From a virus (Duplodnaviria; Heunggongvirae; Uroviricota; Caudoviricetes): 64,000 bases of DNA. The number at the start of each line of letters is the position of its first letter. Position 1 is the first letter of the stretch. This document shows positions 53,789-62,769 of the stretch, piece after piece. Location of the stretch: positions 19,415 through 83,414 of IMG/VR virus record IMGVR_UViG_2913177423_000001. One strand, 5' to 3'. Position numbers and translations under genes: made by a program. The notes below the pieces were generated by a model. That model was not told where the DNA came from. It worked only from the letters and a program-made list of their open reading frames with translations, and made no database searches.

Positions 53789-54542
53789 AAGACTGTTGAT
53801 AGGTAAATTTTATCCTGGAAACTTTGCCGCCTTCCGTCACTTCTGAGAAGACTATTTTCATTTTTGTATTTTTTTCAATCTCTGCTACAGCCTTCGTTAA
53901 AAAACTTCTCTTAAATTCAGCATACCGCTGGTAGCTTTTTGGCAGCCCGTAACGCTCCCGCATCCATTCGACGCCCAGTATGGCAAAACCGCTTCCATCA
54001 TCCTTTCTGTACTGGCATAAGGACTCATAAAGCCGCATAGAATAAGGATTTGTTAGGCGAGATACTTCGGTAAAATTCAGCCTTGTGAATCTCTTATCAA
54101 GCAGAGTAAAAAATGGCATGAGATATGGATTCAGATGAATAATGTAAGTCCCGCGCCGTGGTGAATAGGCATCCTTAATCATCCAAGGATAAGACTCATA
54201 ACTGTCTTCTGATTCAGTCGATTCATCAGGGTTATATATCGTGACTTTCTTCTCGCTAAGTCCTGAGATGGCCTTACGAATATCCTTGCTGGCTTCGGCA
54301 GAGGGCAAATTATACATCTCTGCATATTCGTTGACCGTTAACTCACAGGCACCTGAACCAAGAACGCCATCCTTAGAAGCATAACGAAGTCTTCCCACCA
54401 CAATAAACAACAATCGCTTTTGGTCGCGCGTCAGGTGATAAGCCGCCTCTGTGATCTCGTTGGCCTGGGCCAGACTACGACTAATTGGTGTCGCTGATTC
54501 AATAAGACTGACGGCTTTTGCCGTTAATTCCGCTCTGTTCAT
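53787..54542 (-). CDS. repA: iteron-binding replication initiator RepA (Rep_3 family)
   Basis: Rep_3-like blocks (LTRDQKRLLFIVVGRL, SYPWM, RLYESLCQYR); start at internal ATG; flanked by iterons. Confidence 0.75.
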   Translation of the reverse strand: MNRAELTAKAVSLIESATPISRSLAQANEITEAAYHLTRDQKRLLFIVVGRLRYASKDGVLGSGACELTVNEYAEMYNLPSAEASKDIRKAISGLSEKKVTIYNPDESTESEDSYESYPWMIKDAYSPRRGTYIIHLNPYLMPFFTLLDKRFTRLNFTEVSRLTNPYSMRLYESLCQYRKDDGSGFAILGVEWMRERYGLPKSYQRYAEFKRSFLTKAVAEIEKNTKMKIVFSEVTEGGKVSRIKFTYQQS

Positions 54543-54565
54543 AACCCTGTGTGATCCTTCAAATG

Positions 54566-54685
54566 GTGAGGGCAATTTTTACATCACTTTGAGGGTAATT
54601 ACTACACCTTTTGAGGGCAAATCTTACACCTTCTGAGGGCAAATCTTACACCGATCACGCTTAGTTGAGGGCAAATCTTACACCT
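54566..54685. repeat. origin iteron array upstream of repA (five direct repeats)
   Basis: GGTGAGGGCAATTTTTACATCA, TTTGAGGGTAATTACTACACCT, TTTGAGGGCAAATCTTACACCT, TCTGAGGGCAAATCTTACACCG, GTTGAGGGCAAATCTTACACCT. Confidence 0.7.
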
Positions 54686-54779
54686 TCCTCCTCTACAGGC
54701 CGCGCCACCACTGGCTCCAGCGATGCCTAAAAAGGATCTAAAAATGATTAAAAATGGAAAAAGGTTTATAAAAATACTC

Positions 54780-54788
54780 TGTGGATAT
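54780..54788 (-). promoter_or_regulatory. DnaA box-like site (rc ATATCCACA) in AT-rich origin flank
   Basis: 8 of 9 match to TTATCCACA next to iterons, AT-rich stretch and GATC site. Confidence 0.3.
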
Positions 54789-54929
54789 GTGAATAGCGTC
54801 ACTTAAGGTGTAAAAATCACCCTCAATAATCACTACACGATTGACAAAATCATCACTCAATCCCCCTCCGAAATCACACACTCCCTATCCTCTGGAAAAT
54901 GAACAGATACCTGCTTATCGGAGGAATAC

Positions 54930-55751
54930 TTGAACATTCCAAAATTCCCATTGCCTTCCCGCCCTGAGACAGAAATTCAGTTCCACGCACCCACCGTGAA
55001 GGATGCGCTGAAATATTCTGACCTGAACCCGGCAGAAGATGAAGCAACTACTACAGAGTACCTGAACTCTATGCAGGATGGCGAAATTAACGACAGTGCT
55101 TACTGGACAGTCCAGGATCGCAGAACTGCCCTTTGGTGGATATTTGTTAATTCACGTCCCGATGCAGTAATGACCTACTCCTATGAGTGCAGTCACTGCG
55201 GTAATACGCATCACGCTGATATAAACCTGAGCGATCTGGCTCAAACAGTAGAGATACTCACTGTACCGCCTTACGTAAAAACCAACGTACCGGTAAACGG
55301 TGTACCAACTGACTGGATACTTAAACCATTAACCGGGAAAGGCGCGGAACTCCTTGAACGTATGCGTGCGTCACTTCCTGATATGAAAAGCCCTGAATAC
55401 AGTGCAGGCGTGGCCCGTATGCGCATTGCAGAACTCGCTTTATGCACGGCACTGGACGACGATCCGGAAGACTTCACTCAAGCAGCTAACCGCCGTTTCG
55501 ACATCATTGAAAGCATGGCGCTTGAAACGGAGTTTACTCCGCTTGTAGCTCGCATACAGCTTATGCAAAAAGACCTTCGCCACGGCCTGAAAATGTCTAT
55601 TGAGAGAGGCAAAAGCCGCCTAATCCTGCCTCCGCAACATTGCAAAAACGCTAAGGAGGGTGCAGACGTGACTACCACGCTGTACGTCCCCTTTCTCAAT
55701 AGAGAGTTTATCCCATCAATTAGATCTGAATGGATGGCTAACCATTATTAA
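54930..55751 (+). CDS. hypothetical protein (273 aa)
   Basis: ATG ORF between replicon and tape-measure gene. Confidence 0.5.
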   Translation: MNIPKFPLPSRPETEIQFHAPTVKDALKYSDLNPAEDEATTTEYLNSMQDGEINDSAYWTVQDRRTALWWIFVNSRPDAVMTYSYECSHCGNTHHADINLSDLAQTVEILTVPPYVKTNVPVNGVPTDWILKPLTGKGAELLERMRASLPDMKSPEYSAGVARMRIAELALCTALDDDPEDFTQAANRRFDIIESMALETEFTPLVARIQLMQKDLRHGLKMSIERGKSRLILPPQHCKNAKEGADVTTTLYVPFLNREFIPSIRSEWMANHY

Positions 55752-55871
55752 CAACCTGACTCTGTATGGATATCAGCCTGTTAGTGACGTTGAACAATTA
55801 CCGCAATGGCGAGCACTCCACATGTCAAAAGCCCTGGAAGAAAAATACAAAGCTCAAGCCGGGAATAAACG

Positions 55872-58800
55872 TTGATCGCCGCTGGCAAAAGAGAGGTTAT
55901 TTTGAAAGAGAATAAAGACCGCATCGCAATAATTGACGCTATTCAGGGGGCGAGCACAAACGAACTCAAGGCTCTTGCTGAGATCAAAGACGCCATTCTC
56001 TCTGGTAGAGGGTCTATAACTCAACTTAATGAAAGGCAGGGTAAAGTTAGTCAAAGACTATCCCGTAGACGCATAGCAAGCGAACCCGATGCCTCTGATG
56101 ATGCCAAGAATACCCAGGCCAACCCATATATAAAGCGCCTTCCGATGAAAAAAGGGAGGACACAGGTCAACAACGGAGAAAAACGACTCATTGTTGCAAC
56201 CAACACATCAGAGCGCGTTCATTTTGCGTCATCACGCCAGTCCGCCCAAAAGTTGAAAGGTTCTGTACCAGTAGCCGCCAATTCTGCCCCTCTTGAACCA
56301 CAATCCCCCCAAAGCCAAAAAGGACCGCTTCGGGATAGTAATGGACGCTTTGTATCCCAGAAAAACAACGAGGATATAGCCAGAAAAAAAGAATGGCAGA
56401 ACGCACGTAAGGCCGACGCCAAACTACAAGAAGGCTTCCTCCGGAAATTAGGCTCCATTATGGGGGTAGATGGCAATCGGTCTTCCAGTGAAGAGTCCTT
56501 AACAGATGCCGCAGGTGTCGGCGCTGGTGGCCCGTTGTGGATGGCTGCTCGCGGCATGTACGACATTACTAAAGAGATCACAGGTAAAGCAGAATCTCTT
56601 AAAGAATGGGTAGAAAAGGGGAAAGGTGAGGCTTCAGCTTCAAAAGTGACATCGCCAGCAATCACTTATCCGGCAGCGGTGAATGCTCAAAAAGCAACAT
56701 CCGCAAAAGCGTTTAATAATGCTGTTGAGACAAAATCCACACAGGCAGTAGAAGAGCAAACAAAAATCCTTCAGACCAATGACAACAAAATAATTGATGG
56801 TCTGGAAAATGTCTCTGACGAAGTAGTTAAACTCCGCAAATCGGTGTCTTCTGGGAATAAGTTCGGCTTAAGTGATCTCTGGAGAAATCGACAAGGCGGA
56901 AGAAATAAAATCAATTTTGGCGATCAGACAAGTAAAAACAAAAGGCGTAAATCGAAAAGGAAAGGTCGCAATCTGGGGAAAAAAGCCCTTTCCGTTGGTG
57001 AAAAAGCCGCTGCCGGAACCGCTGCCGCTGGAGCTGGTGCCGGAGCTGCAAAGACTGTTAAAACAAAGGTTAGTAAAGCCAAAGACATCAGCACCACTAG
57101 CGACGTATCTAAGGGTATTGGTAAAGAGGCAAAAAACACTGCAAAGGCAGTTAAGCCAGTAGGTGTAGTTGCCGAAGAGGCCACAATTAAAACAGGTGAA
57201 ACTGTTGCAAAGAAAAAAACCGAATCCGTAGCCCTCAAAAGTGCTGCAAAAATAGGCGTTAAATCAGCTGCATCTACAGCTGCAAGAGCTATCCCGATCA
57301 TCGGATCGCTGGCTATGGCGGGATATGACGCAATAGATGGTTACACTGATACAGATGCGCAAAAGGCAGCCTTTGGCTTAAGTGATGATGATGCAGTATC
57401 CACACAGCAAAAATCCGCTTACGCAACAGCTAATGTGCTTGATATGGGCGGCTTAGTGTCGGGCGCAACCAACCTGATAGGCAAAGGGATTTCTGCGTTA
57501 GGCTTCGAAAGGGCAGGTGAAAAACTTCAGAATTTTGATACCGGAGATATTGCTCGTGGTGTTAATGGCGCAGTAGATATCACTAAATCTGCTTTTGGAA
57601 GCCTTAAGGATAAATTTTTATCCACTGATGAAAACACGAAGCAAGTAAAAAAAGCGGTTGAGGATGGCACCAAGAAGACTGTCGATGCGATTCATTCTTT
57701 AGGTGAGCAGCTACAAGGCGGGCGTGATGGTGAAGATGGTGTTGGTGAGCACGGGTATACTTCCCCGGCTGAATTTAATGCCCCTACCAGCAACACCATT
57801 GCAGCGGATCTGAATATTGGTGGCAGCAACGCTAAAAACCGCAATTACCGGAATAATAATCTCGGCAACCTTGTTTTCGCTAATCAGGAAGGGGCGACGC
57901 TGGAAGCGCCAAATGCAAAAGGTGAGCAACGTTTTGCGCGATTTAACACGCCTGAAGAAGGGATCAGGGCGCTGGCAAACCAGGTGTCAAGCTATTACAA
58001 CGGCACCAGTGCCGCAGCGGGACACCAGAAGTTACAGACGGTATCAAGCATCATTTCCAAATGGGCGCCGCCAAATGAGAACAATACCAATCAATATATT
58101 GATAACGTCAGTAAATATCTTGGCGTCTCGCCTAATGAAAAAATAGATGTCAGCAACCCAGAGGTTATGACGCAATTAGTTCGTGCAATAGCAACGAAAG
58201 AAGGCGGAAACCCGGCGGTTAACAATGAGTTCATAAAGAATGCTCTTGGGACATTCAACGCAAATACTGGTCGTTGGGAAGGGCGTTTCTCCGATGAAAC
58301 ATTGGCGCGACTTAATAAAATTCAGAAAGAGAATGGCGGTCAGCTAATTGCTCGTGATTCGCAATATAGCGTTGGTCGCAAGGTGAAATATGCTGATGGA
58401 ACATCTCCGGCAAAATCTGTATTGAATGCAGTTCCAACAGCAACACCTAAGCCAATTGAAGTTGCACAACATGCCCAGGCAGCCAAAAAGCCACTAAAAC
58501 CAGGCAACCAACCACAACCGATTAATCCAGAGAACGCTGATGTTAATACCGGCACGCCATCAAGTTTGCCTGAGCGGTTAATCGCCATAAATGAAAGCGG
58601 AATTAGTGGCGTAACTAATTTGTTTGGCGGCGCGGCTACCAGCCTTGCTGGAACACACCTGGACTTGGTGAAGGATTTTGCGTCGGCTACTTCATTAGGT
58701 TCTGTATCTTCGCTTTCCGAAAAAGCGAAGGGAATGGACCAGGCTCTGACTGAAAAAATATCCGGATTAACAGGCAAACCTTTTGGATTCAAAAAAGCCT

Positions 58801-59561
58801 CCCAGGTAGCTGATATCAGAGAGGCTATACAAAAAAGGCCAACCCATGAACGCGATATATCTTCAGTCGATCTTCTCGCTGGCGCGTCACAGCCAACAGA
58901 GAATAAAAAAACACCTGTAAACCCAAAAGGGATTCCGGTCTATGACAATGGCTACAAGGTAATAGACGGCGAAGATAAGGGATTTCTTGGCTCTTTGTTT
59001 GATTCGTCATTAACAGGCATGAAGCGCATTGGTTCGGCTGTATTACCTGCAATTGGTGACAACGTTTCACAACTTGTAGGCGGCATCGATGGCACTGGCA
59101 TATTGAATGATTTTGTCTATCAGGCTACAGGGCAGAATTCAACAATCGCCAGGGCGATTAGCCCACTTACAAGAAGTGCTGGTGGTTGGCTAAATAATGG
59201 CATTCAACAAACCGCTGATAGCATCAGGGGAATATCAACTGAGGCAAATAATGCCATATTTGGCTCTGCGTCAGCCGTGCAGGAACCTTTTCTTGCTATG
59301 CCGCCACAGCTTCCCACTGTAACCGATCTTGCTCGAAGCGGAATAAGGCAACCATTAACTACTGACACTGCAAATAACGATCCTGCTATGTTGAAGGCAT
59401 TGGATAACGTCTGTTCTATCCTGAACGACCTTCTGAATGTGAGCAAAAATAATACGAAAGGCGATCCGGATAAGGTTGTCAAAACATCGCAGCCACAGCC
59501 GCGACCACGTGCGAGCACAACCATTAATGACCCGTCGCTGGATGCTCTGCTTGAGGATTAA
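55872..59561 (+). CDS. tail tape-measure / injection protein (Sit-like, about 1229 aa)
   Basis: very long Lys/Ala/Gly-rich ORF ahead of baseplate genes; start codon uncertain (TTG 55872 or 55902). Confidence 0.6.
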   Translation: MIAAGKREVILKENKDRIAIIDAIQGASTNELKALAEIKDAILSGRGSITQLNERQGKVSQRLSRRRIASEPDASDDAKNTQANPYIKRLPMKKGRTQVNNGEKRLIVATNTSERVHFASSRQSAQKLKGSVPVAANSAPLEPQSPQSQKGPLRDSNGRFVSQKNNEDIARKKEWQNARKADAKLQEGFLRKLGSIMGVDGNRSSSEESLTDAAGVGAGGPLWMAARGMYDITKEITGKAESLKEWVEKGKGEASASKVTSPAITYPAAVNAQKATSAKAFNNAVETKSTQAVEEQTKILQTNDNKIIDGLENVSDEVVKLRKSVSSGNKFGLSDLWRNRQGGRNKINFGDQTSKNKRRKSKRKGRNLGKKALSVGEKAAAGTAAAGAGAGAAKTVKTKVSKAKDISTTSDVSKGIGKEAKNTAKAVKPVGVVAEEATIKTGETVAKKKTESVALKSAAKIGVKSAASTAARAIPIIGSLAMAGYDAIDGYTDTDAQKAAFGLSDDDAVSTQQKSAYATANVLDMGGLVSGATNLIGKGISALGFERAGEKLQNFDTGDIARGVNGAVDITKSAFGSLKDKFLSTDENTKQVKKAVEDGTKKTVDAIHSLGEQLQGGRDGEDGVGEHGYTSPAEFNAPTSNTIAADLNIGGSNAKNRNYRNNNLGNLVFANQEGATLEAPNAKGEQRFARFNTPEEGIRALANQVSSYYNGTSAAAGHQKLQTVSSIISKWAPPNENNTNQYIDNVSKYLGVSPNEKIDVSNPEVMTQLVRAIATKEGGNPAVNNEFIKNALGTFNANTGRWEGRFSDETLARLNKIQKENGGQLIARDSQYSVGRKVKYADGTSPAKSVLNAVPTATPKPIEVAQHAQAAKKPLKPGNQPQPINPENADVNTGTPSSLPERLIAINESGISGVTNLFGGAATSLAGTHLDLVKDFASATSLGSVSSLSEKAKGMDQALTEKISGLTGKPFGFKKASQVADIREAIQKRPTHERDISSVDLLAGASQPTENKKTPVNPKGIPVYDNGYKVIDGEDKGFLGSLFDSSLTGMKRIGSAVLPAIGDNVSQLVGGIDGTGILNDFVYQATGQNSTIARAISPLTRSAGGWLNNGIQQTADSIRGISTEANNAIFGSASAVQEPFLAMPPQLPTVTDLARSGIRQPLTTDTANNDPAMLKALDNVCSILNDLLNVSKNNTKGDPDKVVKTSQPQPRPRASTTINDPSLDALLED

Positions 59562-59941
59562 TGCTGATGCTTTACGAAATAGACGCAAGACTTCAAACGA
59601 ATGAGAGTGGCGTCATTATTGCAGAGGGTAGTAACGCTACCTGGATGGCCCGCCTTGACGAGTGGCTACGAACCCCCGAAGGGAGCGTTTATGGCTTACC
59701 GTCATGGGGAAACCCAATGGAAGAGTTTAAGCACGAACCATTCGGTTCTGAAACTTCGCACATAGTTGAAGTGGCTATCGAAGGGAGAATGATGACAAAA
59801 CTACGACAAGACCTGCCCGGTTTAGATGTGCAGGGGATTCGCTGTACATCCATTTCTGAAGATTCTTTATTAATCAGTTTTTATGCGAAAGGGGGGAGCA
59901 TGGATATTGTTATGCAGAAATCAAGCGAGGTGGGTGCGTGA
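59561..59941 (+). CDS. baseplate wedge protein (gp25/W-like)
   Basis: 126 aa; GLPSWGNPMEEFKHEPFGSETSHIVEV resembles gp25/GPW. Confidence 0.5.
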   Translation: MLMLYEIDARLQTNESGVIIAEGSNATWMARLDEWLRTPEGSVYGLPSWGNPMEEFKHEPFGSETSHIVEVAIEGRMMTKLRQDLPGLDVQGIRCTSISEDSLLISFYAKGGSMDIVMQKSSEVGA

Positions 59942-61368
59942 CGATTACCGAATTACTCGACAAATTTAATACCAAGCTGAATGAAAACCCCTGGTGGTCA
60001 CGTTTTGTAAACAGTCAGTTTGTACAGATGCAGGCGGTGTTCGGTGCGCAGGTGATTTATATTGCGCGCACATTTGCAAGTCGCGCTCTGACCGAGGGAT
60101 TTATTTCAACGGCCACACGGAGAGCAAGCATTTTAGCGGGAGCTGAAGACCGCAGTTACGTCGGGCGATTTGTGAGTGCTTCATACGGCACAATTTCGAT
60201 AACGAATAAAACAGATCGGGATATAACGTTGCCTGCGGGAGCAGAGTTGCTTGCCAGCGACCAAACGCCACTTGCAATTATTAACAGTGTTATTGTTCCT
60301 GCCGGGGGAGCTGTTCACGGTGTTGAAACCAAACAGCATGAAGCCGTGAGCGTGACATTTGATGTTGAAAAAGAAACCGCCTTTCTTACGCTGTTGCTTT
60401 CCAGGGAACTGACAAAAGAAGTGTCCAGCCTCGATGTTACTGTGATTATTAATGGTGCAGAAGAGAAATGGACCTACAACCCATTATTTCGAATGTCCAG
60501 AGACAAGAGCAAACACTATGTATTGGCATATAAGCCAACGGAACAACTTGGCGTCAAATTTGGTGATGGTTCTATGGGGATGATGCCGCCAGCTGGGTGC
60601 CAGGTGCGAATTGATGTAATGGCAAGTCTCGGTGACTACACTTTGGCTGAAGGACAAAAGTTAGAACCTGCTGGAAATATTGCTCAATATGTAGAGTCAC
60701 TGGAAATTAAAACCGATTCGATTATTACCGGAGGCGGTGGAATGGAAACCACAGAAGAAACCCGAAACCGTGCACAGTATTATGTTGCATACGATGAACA
60801 AGTCGTATGGGGAGGTGATTATCGTCAATTCATCCAGAACGTGGTACACGGCACGTCATGGCTTAACGTTTGGGGGGAAGCGTTACAAGAAAAAATAACC
60901 GGATTTGATGTGCGCAACATCAATAAGATTTTCTTTTGTGGGCATAAGCCGGGCGTAAGCCAGGAACAACTAAAGTCAGAAATACTTAAAGCCCTGGAGA
61001 ATGTGCCAAACGAATTGAACAAGCGGTTCGAATATGTGGACACAAATGAGCAGCCATTTACTATAACTTTCACAGGCATTGCACGTAAAAACGTTCTGAT
61101 AGATGACGCTAAAAACGCCATTAGAAAGGCGTTAGAGGATAATTTTGGTCGTGATTCGTCTTCATTTAGTTTGTTGTTACAGAGCGATGATGATTCCCAG
61201 CAATGCTATGCGCAGGTAAAAGTTAAAGACATTTGGCGCGTTATAGAATCACTGGATATGTTTCTCTCTTACGATATTACAACACAGAATATGAAGGATG
61301 CTGTTTACTTCAATGACTTTATATACCTTGACGTAAATTCATCTACCTTCAGTATTTCCTATCCGTAA
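59938..61368 (+). CDS. baseplate J-like protein
   Basis: 476 aa, coupled between gp25-like and fiber-proximal genes. Confidence 0.5.
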   Translation: MTITELLDKFNTKLNENPWWSRFVNSQFVQMQAVFGAQVIYIARTFASRALTEGFISTATRRASILAGAEDRSYVGRFVSASYGTISITNKTDRDITLPAGAELLASDQTPLAIINSVIVPAGGAVHGVETKQHEAVSVTFDVEKETAFLTLLLSRELTKEVSSLDVTVIINGAEEKWTYNPLFRMSRDKSKHYVLAYKPTEQLGVKFGDGSMGMMPPAGCQVRIDVMASLGDYTLAEGQKLEPAGNIAQYVESLEIKTDSIITGGGGMETTEETRNRAQYYVAYDEQVVWGGDYRQFIQNVVHGTSWLNVWGEALQEKITGFDVRNINKIFFCGHKPGVSQEQLKSEILKALENVPNELNKRFEYVDTNEQPFTITFTGIARKNVLIDDAKNAIRKALEDNFGRDSSSFSLLLQSDDDSQQCYAQVKVKDIWRVIESLDMFLSYDITTQNMKDAVYFNDFIYLDVNSSTFSISYP

Positions 61369-61378
61369 TGAGGCTGAA

Positions 61379-62224
61379 ATGAAAGAGAATTGGTTTAAGG
61401 AGCGGTTAACTAAAGCAAAACAGGATTCTAAGCTCTGGAGCGCCTTCATAGGCGCTTTACAGGACGTCTGGGATGAAGCTGTAGAACCGATATTAACCAG
61501 AATAAGTAACAGAAAATCATTCTTCACGATGGCAAGTGAAGATATGGATACTCGTATCGCGGAATACGGGCGCTTTTTCGTTATTACCGAAAAAGATAAG
61601 ACCCGTAGACCAATGCTTCTGGCCCAACGTTTAGATGAAGTGCATTTTAAAGGAACTCTCCGCCCGATTGAGCAGACGTTCTGGCGTGAATTCGGCACAA
61701 TCCCTGTAACATGGGAGCCTCTTTACGCCCCCGTAGATTTAGAAAAGCATCCCTATGGTTCGTATTTTGCTACAGCAATTGAGATACCTACAGCGCAGGC
61801 CCAATTTGGAGAATTCTTTCTAACATCACGAGGGCTGGTTGTTGTTGATCAGAATAAGCTCTATCGCTCATATGGCGAGTATAATAAAGGTACGGCAGTA
61901 CAGAAATTATTAGCAGATTTTGAAACAGTAATCGCGCCTTTGTTACCGCTGCATATTGTTTTTGATGGAGTGTCCTTCCAGCTTAGTGCTGTATTCCCTG
62001 AAGTGGCAGAAATACTAAATTGCTTGTCTACGGACGTTTCGGTAATTGAAGGTGTTTATGTTACTGATAGTATGACTGATATGCTATCCCGTAGTGATAA
62101 CTCCTGCCAGGTAGACAATATTTCGCTTGATGCTATTCCGAACAGAACGGCAGAAAAGCAACTACATCTTGATATAATCCCACTAGATGCCTGGCCTTTA
62201 GATTACCACCTTCAGCCTGTTTGA
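61379..62224 (+). CDS. baseplate/tail-fiber attachment protein candidate
   Basis: 281-aa ORF in baseplate-fiber block. Confidence 0.45.
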   Translation: MKENWFKERLTKAKQDSKLWSAFIGALQDVWDEAVEPILTRISNRKSFFTMASEDMDTRIAEYGRFFVITEKDKTRRPMLLAQRLDEVHFKGTLRPIEQTFWREFGTIPVTWEPLYAPVDLEKHPYGSYFATAIEIPTAQAQFGEFFLTSRGLVVVDQNKLYRSYGEYNKGTAVQKLLADFETVIAPLLPLHIVFDGVSFQLSAVFPEVAEILNCLSTDVSVIEGVYVTDSMTDMLSRSDNSCQVDNISLDAIPNRTAEKQLHLDIIPLDAWPLDYHLQPV

Positions 62225-62320
62225 TAATTCTTCCCCCGGGCGTGCGGGGGAAGAACAACGGAAATCACAAACTGAGCATACTCTCCTTCGGTTCATTGCT
62301 TATGAAGGGGCTATGTTCGT

Positions 62321-62767
62321 ATGGCAGAAAATTTAAAGGCAAGAGATGGCAATAGCCTGTATAAGGCACAATTGCTTTCCTACTACTATTCACGCCGTGC
62401 CGAATCAGCGATCGGTAAAGGTGCGCGTTTCGTTATCTCTAAGGCGTATTGGTGCAAATCTGGACTGGTAACTGCAAATGGTGCTGGTGGCTGGAATATT
62501 GCTGACATTCCACTCGATTTTAAATTGAGTGACGCTCAACAGTTTGCTGCTTCCGATCTGATATTGTCCAGTGTGGATGGAATTATCACTATCAATGCTG
62601 CCTTCCCTCAAGAAAGAATGCCGGATAACACGCCCTATGACTTTAACACGCTTGTGCTTGTTGATGCTGAAGATCAGGCTTTTGGCGTGCTTTGTACCCA
62701 ACAGGATACTCTCTACAAAGGTAAGCGTTACAGCATTCTCATGACAATCGAGCAAGTTGAGGGATGA
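62321..62767 (+). CDS. hypothetical protein preceding tail fiber gene
   Basis: 148 aa; stop overlaps tail fiber start. Confidence 0.45.
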   Translation: MAENLKARDGNSLYKAQLLSYYYSRRAESAIGKGARFVISKAYWCKSGLVTANGAGGWNIADIPLDFKLSDAQQFAASDLILSSVDGIITINAAFPQERMPDNTPYDFNTLVLVDAEDQAFGVLCTQQDTLYKGKRYSILMTIEQVEG

Positions 62768-62769
62768 TT

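Noticed and set aside
53493-54685. Possible CRISPR array (regular repeats)
   Set aside because: Repeats are 19-22 bp iterons with irregular spacing flanking a rep gene, no cas genes, and both orientations present; this is a plasmid origin
56219-57301. Minus-strand ORFs 56219-56665 and 56924-57301
   Set aside because: Antisense inside the tape-measure gene; produced by its repetitive Ala/Lys codons
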